A stretch of 62,066 nt of DNA, filler included, from Sphacelaria rigidula (Eukaryota), in the NCBI GenBank assembly GCA_964200075.2. It is 9 parts of 9 records of this genome, joined end to end, with 100 filler letters (N's around TTAATTAATTAA, not from the genome) between each part and the next. Parts side by side here need not be neighbours in the genome. Positions count along the whole stretch, not along the records: positions 34,539 to 41,345 come from CAXNAA020017981.1; positions 41,446 to 48,252 come from CAXNAA020017982.1; 7 more parts are not named here. One strand, written 5' to 3'. Every line of letters starts with the position of its first letter. The stretch's first letter is position 1. The notes under the pieces were generated by a model. It searched no databases, was not told where the DNA came from, and was given only the letters and a program-made list of their open reading frames with translations. Shown here piece by piece: positions 37,604 through 48,352 of the stretch. The translations under genes were made by a program, and so were the position numbers.

Positions 37604-37925
37604 TTGTTGTCTTCACATTAAAAAACCGTTCCGATATCTGCGCGGTACATTCGGACTCAACGGTAGGATAATATCCATTTCAAGTGAAGGTAAAGGTCGA
37701 TGGTACCGTACAACGCAGCACCGTCTGTAGTTTGTGGCGATTGCTTGGTTGCTGCTACACCTACCGCTAGGGAGCTACAGCATATTTCGCAAATCAACGT
37801 CCTACTCACAAAATTCAAATACGGCGAAGTTGCGGAGCAAAACACGTGGAAAACTGTAACACGCGAAACAGCATAGTAATGTGCTGTCTATATCATACTC
37901 CATGTACGGACTTCACGGACTGCAC

Positions 37926-37991
37926 CTTCTTTGGGACGCAGCCGACATTGACGCATGTGCCGCCCATAGCGGCGGCCTCTATCACGCCCAC
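37926..37991 (-). CDS. GR: Glutathione reductase, exon 2 (redox-active disulfide)
   Basis: CCGCAG|VGVIEAAAMGGTCVNVGCVPKK|GTGCAG, phase 0/0; GGTCVNVGCVPKK motif. Confidence 0.93.
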
Positions 37992-38225
37992 CTGCGGAAA
38001 GCCAAGATCGAAAATCAGCCAAGTATAAAGGGAATTGCGTGGGGTCGCACGCCGGAAAGTGCATGCTGTGGCGAAATTACTGTAGGGTGGTGGCATCTTG
38101 CTAAGGATCGACCGTGTCGTCTTCGCGATATCTAGTCAACAATGTTGACCGTGCGGTATGTTCATGCTGTTGTATCGTACCCCTGCTGTGGCGCACACAA
38201 CACCACCCAGGAAGAAACACCTGAC

Positions 38226-38501
38226 CTTGACGTCGTAGGTGGCAGCTCGACGGGCACTAGAGACTCCTCCGCTCCCACCGCCGATTACAAGATAGTCGAA
38301 GTGCTCTGATGACGACGATGACATTCTTGTCGCAACAGAACTCGACCCTCCACGGAGAAGCCTTCCGGTTGAACTGCTCAGGATAGCGGCGGTGCGTTGG
38401 AAGCCAACCCCAGCCCTAACTGGCGGCATCGCAATGGGAGAAAAGAAAGCGGAGGCACCGCAAGCAAGCGAAAATGCAAGCGTTGGATACAGTCCTGCCA
38501 T
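38226..38501 (-). CDS. GR: Glutathione reductase, exon 1 with bipartite plastid presequence
   Basis: MAGLYPTLAFSLACGASAF (signal + ASAF), S/R-rich transit peptide, FDYLVIGGGSGG..SARRAA FAD-binding motif; AAG|GTCAG donor. Confidence 0.92.
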
Positions 38502-38661
38502 CTCCTTCACCTGCGCACGGTACGCCGCGGATTGCACCGTTAGACAGTAACGAAGTAACGGGTGTACTGTCTGTGACGACGACTGTGCGTACCTCATAAG
38601 CGATTTTGTCTACGCTACTGCTCAGACCCGCGGTGATACTACAGACGTTCAATACTACCTC

Positions 38662-38730
38662 GCCCCAGTGGCTCAGTTGGTGACTTCGAAACCTTCTGAC
38701 GGTTGGGTTGTGGATTCAATTCTCGGAGCG
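38662..38730 (+). mobile_element. tRNA-derived SINE head
   Basis: GCCCCAGTGGCTCAGTTGG (A-box) ... GGATTCAATTC (degenerate B-box); acceptor stem does not close. Confidence 0.55.
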
Positions 38731-39384
38731 ATCTGGGATTTTTTCTCACACCATGTCCAACAGTGGAGAGCGATTATATCGTGCGTACACAAAATTCGAC
38801 CTGACGGTCGACGAGGGAAAGGGACTCCTGAACCCCGCTCTCTTGATAAAAAATATAGGCAAGCACCGCAAAAGGAAGGTGGCGTACTAAAAACAAACAA
38901 AAAATAAAAAGCTCATGTGTTGACCTTCCTCCTGTGTGACCCCAGCTGGTGCGCCCACATATATACCGAAATGTGTATAGTAGACCGGCGCCCAGAATTG
39001 ATGAGATGACTACACTGAGGAAACAAGCAATATCGAGGGAGCAATATATTTAATTACCAGAGGGCATACCCTGCATGCACGCACTTCCGACTGAAGATAG
39101 TTCGTGTATTTTTTAGCAAAATATTGAGCGAAGCGGAGACGTGTGGGGGTGGGTTGCCCACCAGGATACGTGTATAAAGCCGAAATAATACCGGGGGGGG
39201 GGAGTCGGGGTGGAGAATTTTTCCCGCGAAATCTCAACCCTGCGCATATGATTCCGGGTGTCGCTTCCTACAGTAGTACAGTATACACGATGAACGAGAA
39301 GAAAAAACTGGAAAATAACTATCCTTCTTGGACCTTTTGCGTCGTTTTACGCGCCCTGAAAGAGCGCTACGCGAATTTTGACAC

Positions 39385-39470
39385 GACTGGTGCTACGATA
39401 GGGGTGCACAAATATTATCTGAGATTCGAATTGGTAGGAGCCCTCTATTTAATCCAAAAAACAACTTATT
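39385..39470. mobile_element. Diverged left end of the 2006-2260 MITE family
   Basis: GGTGCTACGATAGGGGTGCACAAATATT...TAGGAGCCCT aligns to 2006-2090. Confidence 0.7.
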
Positions 39471-40961
39471 ACTACAGGCTGGTTCAGATCGAATACCCAA
39501 AAATTATTCCCCGGCTGGTGACGAACGCAAAACTCAGCCAATATGCACAAATGCGATACCATACTGACCGCCATGAACAGACAAGAATGGTGACATAGCC
39601 ATATCTTCGTTTAAGGCTATAGCCGTGTCGCTATGGACAAAAGTATGTTTCGACCAATCAGCACCCTCCAAATTGTTCCGAAATTGGAAAAACGAATTCC
39701 AAGGCTAATTTCCACCGAATCTCCACATGGTTCAACGCGTAGTAGCCGCCATCAGCCTGGGAATCTAACGGGAGAAACAGAGTTGAAAACGGTTCCAACG
39801 GAGTCGAATTTCGCCCAAAACCGTAATGTCTCGGTGATGTGGAGCTTTGGCGTCGTCTAACTTCCACTCATCATGATAATATTATCTACGAAAGACCCAT
39901 GGAGCCTCGTGACGATTTCCCCTTTATCTGTTGCAGAAAAGCTGAGATCATCCTCAAACTTGGCATTTTCGTAGGTATTGATGCTCCAAATGGAAAAATT
40001 GCATTCTTGGCAAGATTTCCGTTCTCTACCGGCTTCCGGGGGTCCCAGCATAAAGCCCCCCGGAAACCGGTACAGAATGCCTCAACCCCCAAAATTTCGA
40101 CACCTTAGGGTCAGTGGTATCCCAAGGAACACTTGTGTGAATTTTCATGACCTAATTCGAAAACCTTGAGTAAAACAGCGCGTGCAAGCCAAAAATAACC
40201 GGAAAAATCGTCACTTTATACTTTAATCAAGTAATTAGGGGGACACGGAGACTTTTGCATACTTCAGCGCACGTTTCGCGATTTCCTCACGCCGGTTTTT
40301 CGAGTTAGACCACGAAAATTTGCACACATGTTCTTGAGGGCACTATCTAAAACTCGAAGACCGTTTTTTTTTTTTTTATTTTTTTTTTTGGTTACTTTTT
40401 ATTCAAGGTCGCGGTTGACCTACTTGACCGGGGGATCATACTCTATCGTTTATCATGTTTTCCCGATTTATCGCTTCCTGCAACTAATGCTCCTGACAGG
40501 ATACACGATGTGTTGATATATCGAGGTAATATCGATATTATATGAGCTCATACCTGATACAAGTCCTCACAACAATGACATTATTAGCACACCCGAAATC
40601 AGCACTTTTTTCAAGTGATGATAGCCACCGGGGACATCGGAATTCTCGACATTTTTTCTCTAGACCCTAGAGACACGATTTTGTCGAGATCCGAGTGACC
40701 GGAAGTAGTGCTCTTGGGAGTATGCGATTTTTATGTGTCTGTTGTTTATCTAGAGCGTTTCATTGTTCATAATGCACATCACAATCACTGACAACCTTTC
40801 GAAAGGGCACGGTTTTCTCGGTGACTTTTTCCCCAATGGAAATGTTTTTAACACCTGTGATCCCGCCGTGAAACAAATTCTGCCTCAGCATGTTGTCTTA
40901 CTACTATCCAGTATACACGTATGTATGAAGGTATTCTTTGTTATGGGAATGGGATACTTGG

Positions 40962-41345
40962 AGGATCATAACCTATTATGGGAAATGTGATGTGTTCCCA
41001 CGCAGATAGTGGCAGGAGCTGAGGCTCACCGACGATAGTCGATGTTATAGTTCGGAGAGCTTGGAGCAGCAGAAATACGGCAGTATGTCAGTGTAGAATA
41101 AGATGCTTCGATGTTGTGAACACGGCGCTTGCGGCCAACAGAAATAGAAACAAACAGATAGACTAGTGGTAGTCTAGACGGAACAGTGATAGTACCCAGG
41201 ATATGGCAAGTAAGGATAGCTATGGTACCTAGAATACCCAGAGAGATCACAAAGAGTGAGACCTGAGTACTAACACTATATTCGTGAGATTCAGAGTGTA
41301 GTTTCAGATTCAGAGTCAGGATTTCAAACGGAAGAACTGTTTTTT
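40962..41345 (-). mobile_element. copia-family LTR + PBS fragment
   Basis: Minus strand ...CCCATAATA|GGTTATGATCC; colinear with 4920-5110 including GGCGCTTGCGGCCAACA. Confidence 0.6.
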
Positions 41346-41445
41346 NNNNNNNNNNNNNNNNNNNNNNNNNNNNNNNNNNNNNNNNNNNNTTAATTAATTA
41401 ANNNNNNNNNNNNNNNNNNNNNNNNNNNNNNNNNNNNNNNNNNNN
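41346..41445. other. Artificial contig linker
   Basis: 44 N + TTAATTAATTAA + 44 N. Confidence 0.99.
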
Positions 41446-41702
41446 TTTCATGTATATGCAGGACACGTCATTCCTAACCAGCCTCGTCGGTCGTTCTGGA
41501 GGCCCAGTCCCAAAAGGGTCAATAGGACTCCCGAGAAACGACATGACGCGAGGAGGGTGTTATCCATCGCCGTGTGCAGAGGTTGAGCAAATTACGAAGG
41601 AGCACTACTTGCGTGCTCTCTGTCGCCTTGATCCATATCGCGGCAACGCAGACAGTCCCATGGAATATTAATCGAAGTGTGATACACTGTGTGCTGCTTT
41701 AC

Positions 41703-41943
41703 CGTCAGTTGTGTCTTCGGAGGCCATCGCCACACAGCTGCTGCTGTAGCGCTCGGTGGTGGACGGTGGATCAAGCAAGATTCCAGATCCAAAGCCGTTA
41801 CCACCTCTCCCTCTCCTTGCGCTTCCCGTGAATGGCGAGAGGATTCCACTACTGTGGTAGAATGCAGTGTATGCTTCAGTATGCTGCGGTATTTGTGCAA
41901 CGATGAAGGCCACAAAGAACGGTGCGAACCCGGCGGGGAACAT
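41703..41943 (-). CDS. Putative first exon with signal/transit-like presequence, product unknown
   Basis: MFPAGFAPFFVAFIVAQIPQHTEAYTAF, then an S/R/G-rich stretch, G|GTAAAG donor; next exon not identified. Confidence 0.4.
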
Positions 41944-42152
41944 GAACGCGGATGAACTGGGTTATGGTGGATGACACCGGGACCGAAAACGACTGCACAC
42001 CCTAAACAGACAAAACTATTCCGAAACGAATGATCTACCGAAGTGGTAACTGAACGCCGAGAGCGCTGGTGGTGGAAGCGTCCAAAGGTTCCTCAAGCCT
42101 GTGTGTCGGGTCTTACGTCCTATTCACCACCATCAGAGATAGCTGAGATACA

Positions 42153-42419
42153 ATGGGTCGCTATACCAGTCGAATATCTGTCCTGCTCTTCGCTGCCGTG
42201 GGGCTCCTTTGTGCCTCTTGTGGCAGCAGCTTCGTCACCACGATAGTCCCCATTACTCGATCACAACAACGAAATAGCTGCGATGCTGCTGCGGTGGTCG
42301 ATGCAGGAGGCCAGCGACTCCGCTGGGCAGGGCGAGCGGGGGCAGCAGTAGACGGAGAAGTAAGGCGCCGTCGCACTGGAAGTGGTGTCGTTTGTCGCAT
42401 GATGGCAGGTGCGCTCGAT
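42153..42419 (+). CDS. First exon of a plastid-targeted protein (trigger-factor-like)
   Basis: Hydrophobic signal VLLFAAVGLLCASCG-SSF, R-rich transit peptide ending CRMMA, GAT|GTGAGT donor (phase 0). Confidence 0.7.
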
Positions 42420-44208
42420 GTGAGTTGAACATGCGTCTTCCCGATACGGTACTGTGTGGGTGTTGTGCTGCACGTATTCATCATGAGCGTTGCCTGTGTA
42501 CGACAGTCCCGCAGAGAGGGTGGTGTACCTTGCAACCGATAGGCTCACATATCGCAACTCCGGTCGGGGACACATATGTTGATAAAGTCGGTGGCAGATT
42601 TTGACTGGGGCAGGACGCTGTGCAAACGATAGTACTGTGCCGTTATCGTGTCACATGCATCGAGTACACCGGGCTCCTGCGCTTATTGCTCGCAGCGTGT
42701 TTAACATGAACATTTAAATTCAAGCAACCCCCCGCCCCAAGGCGACGAAGCACCACGTGTCCCCGCGCACTCATCGGATCCTACCCTGCAACGTTGTCGT
42801 TAGACCGCACGCTTTCAGCCTTGAGCGTGCAGCAGCTCTACTGTGAAGTTTTCTACACTCTACGCGAAGCAGCATTGAATCATGTGTGTGCAATATTTTG
42901 CCACCTTTTCTCGGTGCGCCTGCCCCTCTTAATGCAGTACGACTGTAGCAAACATGAACTGTGCGGTCTCTTTTCTCAGCCCCACATCTCGACACGATGA
43001 GGGGCGCCAACCTCGGCGAAGATGCCATCAGACAGATCTCGTTGAGATCTTTCAAGAAATCGACGTTTCAAAGTCGTCACGCTCCACATTGTCTAGATAT
43101 CGGGCTGAGAAAAAAATGACCGCACCCCTGTGCCAAGACCCGCATCCTTACGGTAGCTCAGGTGCGTTTTCCCCAACCCGTCACCAAACATTCGTGGTTC
43201 GCACCTCGGCACTCCCAACTGTTTTTGAACAAACGCAACCGTGTCTCATACCCCAGCTAGAGGCATGCCGGGGACATGATAAATGGTGTAACGGCACGCA
43301 GACCAAAGGCCTTAGGGCAAGGAGCATTCAGAGGTTACATTTTCCGTTCAATACGGAATGTGTGTTGGCAGAGCGCCGATTTGAGTCAAGACGCGCACTG
43401 GTCATGCTGGCGAGGCGCGTGTGGACGGCCGGCCACTGAAGATCCCAATTTCTGTGTCCATACTAGAATCAGTTTTTTTCTTACGCGAACTGCTTTCCAC
43501 GGTGCATGCCAACGTCGGGGTCAAGATTTCAAGGTATCTCGCACATGATGACATTCTAGGCGATGCAGGCACAGACTACAGAGCGGACAGTACAATGGTG
43601 GCGATCTGGAATGGGCAACGTTGTGCCATGTTGTGGGAAAGCCGCCAGCTTTTTCGACGCTAGAGGTATCTCTCATGCTCTATTCTACCTTACGATTGTG
43701 GCGAATACTCTGCACACACGGCACGTTATCAAACTGGCGCACTATGTCACGAGCATGATCTCGTGATCGACCGAATAGGACTTGACGAAACGATGATCGA
43801 CGTACGCGACAGGTGAAGTAAAAGATGTATTTGCTGTGGCGAGTCGAAGCCGGGGCGCTGTAATGATCGCCTGCTGAGAGGGATGTACATCGCACCGAGT
43901 GAAGGGTACCCGTGTTTTTTTTCTTCCTTGACGGAAGGAGGAAACCCAACCCAACAGTTACTCCGTAAGCGGGCTTGTGTGCCGATTACTCGGAGGCTTG
44001 GTTACACTGCCTCTCAGCGGTCATGTGCCCGCCTCGAGCATTCGCAAGCTTTGCTCGAGGTGGTGTGGGGGTCGCGCTCACTAAAACCCCCATCAACTGG
44101 GCGTAGTGCACGCGTTGCCATGCCCTTATGAACTTCGGCCCTAGGGTATCCGGGTCTTGTGACGACTTTATTCACTCGTCTTCTTTCTGGCTTATCTATC
44201 GGGCGTAG

Positions 44209-44298
44209 GAGACGAAGGGCGTGACGGTGAAGCTGGCTGACTACAAGAACGGCGCGATCACGGTGAAGGTGCCCAAAATGGACGTCTCCGAGGCTCAG
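44209..44298 (+). CDS. Internal exon, trigger-factor-like
   Basis: Pyrimidine-rich tract, TAG|ETKGVTVKLADYKNGAITVKVPKMDVSEAQ|GTGAGG, phase 0/0; resembles trigger factor VELGDYKGLEVEKP.VEVTDEE. Confidence 0.55.
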
Positions 44299-45840
44299 GT
44301 GAGGACGTGGCAACGAAGACGTTCCTTCCGCGTCACTCTTTGTTGTCTTGTGGTATGTAGTGAAGAAAAGGAAGATGGAGTGAAATAAAATGCTGGTGAA
44401 CATCCGGCAAAATGGTTGAATTTTTGGCTAAGTGAACGGCAGACGATCATGGCGCGCTTTTCCCGGACACCGAAATGAAATCTCCGCAGAACGACCAAGA
44501 GAACACTTGACCCTTAGACGACGGGGGTCGTCTCGGTGAAGATTCACAGGCTGACAGTTCATGAACATCCGAGGGTTTCCAGGGGGCGTTGGGATAGTGT
44601 TTGACGGGGGGGTTGAGGCCTGTTTGCAGAACAATCGAAAAACCCTCCAAGTCGACTATGTGCGTCTGAGAGTTTCCCACAGAAAATTCTAAGTCAGGAA
44701 TGAGGCCCGAGAAGAGCAGAAGGGCCATTCTGATAGCGGAGATTGGTCAAAATGGCCAAAATATTAAATCCCAGATGAAGTACAGATGGACTACCTCGCA
44801 ATTTCAACCATAGACAACACTGGCACGAACTACGTGTTTTTTACTCTGCTGGTGGTATTTGGCGCCTGCCTGACCCATCTTGCGTTGTCAGCATAGATCC
44901 ACACTGTAGTGTTGTGAAACACTAGGCAGAGACGTCAGCACATGCAGTAGACAAGGTTCGGTGAAGAGCGATAGCACGCTCACTGCTCGTTGCCGAAGTT
45001 TGCACCGACATGTTTGCCGTCGTAAAATCCGGCCAGGGGTTCTCCCGTACTATTTTCTATGTGTATGCCCGACATCCACATGTTCGTGAAAAGCAGCATT
45101 TTGTGGAGTGAAAAACAGTTGTTCTGAACCCCACGTGTGGCATAGTTCATCTGAGTCCATAGGAGGAGGGTTCCCAGTCTAGGGGGTAAGATGCTCCAAA
45201 ACGGAATATAACCTTCCCCTTCGGCCTTAGGAAACAGTTCTTCATATATCATCAGCTCATGTACGCCCCATGTGAACTTTTCGCCATTTGATTCTCCATG
45301 TACGAATTCTCCTCCAGTAAAGATCCGCAAATGCTTCGTAGACGAGGGCTCAGCCCCGTAAGCATCACGCCTCGTTTCGGTACCATTTTTCCGGCCGACA
45401 GTCTAGCAGGAAAAAAGACACCCATGCTAGTGGTCGTGTTTGGGCGATATGAAAACTATTCCGAAACCTAGCTTCATCGCCGATGGATCTTTCTCTTTCG
45501 CTTCATATTAGAGCAAGGGACTAGGAACCTTCGACGCTACGATGCTAATCGAGCGAAAGGATTCAGCGTGCGTCCGCTGTCGACGTTCGGTCGGCCGTGA
45601 AGCCGGGCGCCAGCGGCCCCGCGGTCTTGTGTGCAAGTGTGTGACCTCGTGTCTCACCATAACTCCTCTGTGCCATAATTAAAGTCCGTCATGTTTAAAC
45701 AGGCTTTCAACCGTGTCCGATGCCTTAGGCGATATTTTTTGTTGAAACATCTGGCTTTTTTTTTTCGCGCATTACCCTGCACGACGGGCGAACGGTCGAG
45801 AAGCATCAGGCGGCCCGGAAATGGTGGTACTTCGCCCCTA

Positions 45841-46960
45841 CGGGGGGTGTACTCATAATCATGAGACTATTGACCTCGTATCCATACAGAGCCGGGACGG
45901 AGCACACCGGGTTTTCGCTGGACCAGGCTCGCACTCACATCATCAAGCGCGAAGCGCCGTCGTGTGTTCGGCGAGTCGCATGAAGGGTGAGCTGCATCCC
46001 GCTAGGATTGTCCGGCCTGAACCCTACTGATTATCTTGCATTTGGCTTACAGCCTACAATGAGTTGCTTCATTTTCCGGTATCGCCACTTCCAGAGACAG
46101 CCACGGCTTCTATACTGCCTCATGGGTGTCTCACCATTTAAACACGACGTGGTACGATCATCTCCATTGTGCGGAGTTGAGGTTCTCCCACACCCCACAT
46201 GATCTAGCTCGACTACCATCATGGCTACCGCAAAAAAACGCAAGCGCGCACAAAAAATCGGTAACCTGGTTTCCTAGCTTAGGGATTGAGTGGCGTTTAT
46301 TATAGCGTCACCGCCAACCGACGCCAATTCCATCGGGGGTCCGCACCTACAAAGCCGGGACGGAGCACGCCGGGTTCTCGCCGGATCAGGCTTTCGGCAG
46401 GGGGGGGGGGTGAGAAACGTGAAAAATAATAAGGTAGCCGTATCTAACGTGCCACCGCTGTTTCTCGCGTGGTGCTTGGAGATAGTTTTCACGACTTCGT
46501 CTATCATGCTGGCGCCCATTCTCCATACCCTTGTCTTGAGAGATGCGAAGAAGTCCAAGTCGGGAACGTTCAAGGCCAGGCGACAAAGTAGGTTGCCTGA
46601 CAAAAGTTTGTGACGCAATCTGCCCGTTCGCCTTGCCTTGAACGTTACCGACTTGGACTTCTTCGCATCTCTCAAGACAAGGGTATGGAGAATGGGCGCC
46701 AGCGTGATGGACGAGTTCGTGGAGACTTTCTTCAAGCACCACGCGGGAAACAGCGATGACACGATAGAAAGGGTTTGGCAAATCCTCTTCAAGGTTTCCA
46801 AAACAATCGCTGCGTAAATTCGGCGATAATGACTTCACTGTGGAGCACACCGAGGTATCGGCGTGGCAGCATTGGGAATGATGGCAAAGACGACCAGGGG
46901 TTTCTTGCTGTGGCCTGTGACTATCTAGGATCAAGTTCCAGTAATGGCGAGGAAGACTAA
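45841..46960. mobile_element. Tc1/mariner relic: TIR-like end plus duplicated transposase C-terminus
   Basis: TA|CGGGGGGTGTACTCATAATC terminus; + strand VTQSARSP/LNVTDLDFFASLK...TIERVWQILFKV/LRKFGDNDF resembles QPPNSPDLNVLDLGFF...G.N.Y of mariner transposases. Confidence 0.75.
46441..46770. repeat. 330-bp foldback inverted repeat
   Basis: 164 paired positions around a 2-nt centre (46605-46606), no indels, 23 mismatches by hand count, perfect from 46508-46563 vs 46648-46703. Confidence 0.95.
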
Positions 46961-47364
46961 CCTTCTTTATTCACCTGTGTATTTCGTCGTTCCCCCTCCC
47001 CCAGGAATAGGGGTGAAATGCCGCTATTTTCGGGCCGACTGATGTTTTTTCGCTTGTTCGCCCGTGAAAGGTATTGCACTAAAAACCAAGAAAAGGTATC
47101 GACTCAAAAAGCGTAGAAGATACCAATAAAATGGTCGCCTGAGGCGTCGAACACGGTTAAGGGCCGTGTAAAATATGACGGAATTTACGTAGGGTACAGA
47201 GGAGGCTATGATGTAAGTTGTCGAGAGACTGCACATATGCGATAGCAGGGTCTGTCGTGCGATACCGGTCAAGAGGTGATTGAAAGTGCAATGCTGTGCA
47301 ACCGCAGCAGTATCTGTTTGTGGCGGGTCACATGGCATGTGGGGTGTCTGTCGTGCCACCGTAC

Positions 47365-47806
47365 CCTGGACAATGAATTATATTGTCAAAACGTGTATTG
47401 TGTACAGTATGTACTGTGTTGTCTATCGCAATAGACCCAATTAGTCGATACTGAACGCAGTACACTTTTTGACAATGTAATCTGTTGTCCAGGATATGCT
47501 TGCTACCAACAAGTGACTGAACTTCATAGCACCACAGCCCTTGTTGAAAGCACGCGAACACGCCGACACCGAACTGCGTAAGACATGACAGCAAAAGCAC
47601 CACGCTGAGCGAGCCTCAGCTGTTGCTTTCATTGCGACTGCAACAGCGTTCTCGCCCTGGACAGCAGATTATACCATGGTGTCAAAAAGTGTACTGCGTA
47701 CAACAGTGTGGAATCTGTTGTCTGTTGCAAAATACGTGACTAGTCGATACCGTCCCCAGTACACTTTCTGACAACATAGTCCATTAATAATGTTATTATC
47801 CAAGGG
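47365..47806. repeat. Two copies of a small palindromic MITE (47365-47493, 47655-47806)
   Basis: Each begins CCTGGACA..TGTCAAAA.GTGTA and ends AGTACACTTT.TGACAA..TCCA(A)GG. Confidence 0.7.
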
Positions 47807-48252
47807 TGTCTTCGAATGTGCCATGCACCCGACGCGCCACGTTGCCACCACTACAGCCATGACAACGAGCACAACGACAAAAGCGACCGCCGCAACACGT
47901 GAAGGAACTGGGGGATGCTTCGATGATCTGTCCCCTGCGAATGTGGTCTCCTTCCCGATTTTCTGTACAGGCTGGGCCGCTTAAGAAGTGGACTTTGCGT
48001 CAGCCGGTTCTAACTGACGATCTATCGCGAGTTGCGCCTACTGTGACACATCGTCGTGATCTGCGAAACAACGCGCGTTTTGCACTTTGTCTCTATTGGG
48101 AGTAGGAATAGTGCTCCGTCTCGAAAGGGATACGTGGTCAATGTTCAAACGACTAAGGCAAGCAACAAATGAGTACGGCGCCCCCCCCCCCCCCCCCCCC
48201 CACCACACAACAAAGGACCACACAAAAAAAAAAAAAACAACGACCGCCCACA

Positions 48253-48352
48253 NNNNNNNNNNNNNNNNNNNNNNNNNNNNNNNNNNNNNNNNNNNNTTAA
48301 TTAATTAANNNNNNNNNNNNNNNNNNNNNNNNNNNNNNNNNNNNNNNNNNNN
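48253..48352. other. Artificial contig linker
   Basis: 44 N + TTAATTAATTAA + 44 N. Confidence 0.99.

Noticed and set aside
19534-38501. Redox gene cluster (MsrB + glutathione reductase)
   Set aside because: The genes are on different contigs joined artificially
38662-38735. tRNA gene
   Set aside because: A/B boxes are present but there is no closing acceptor stem or clear anticodon arm; better explained as a SINE head
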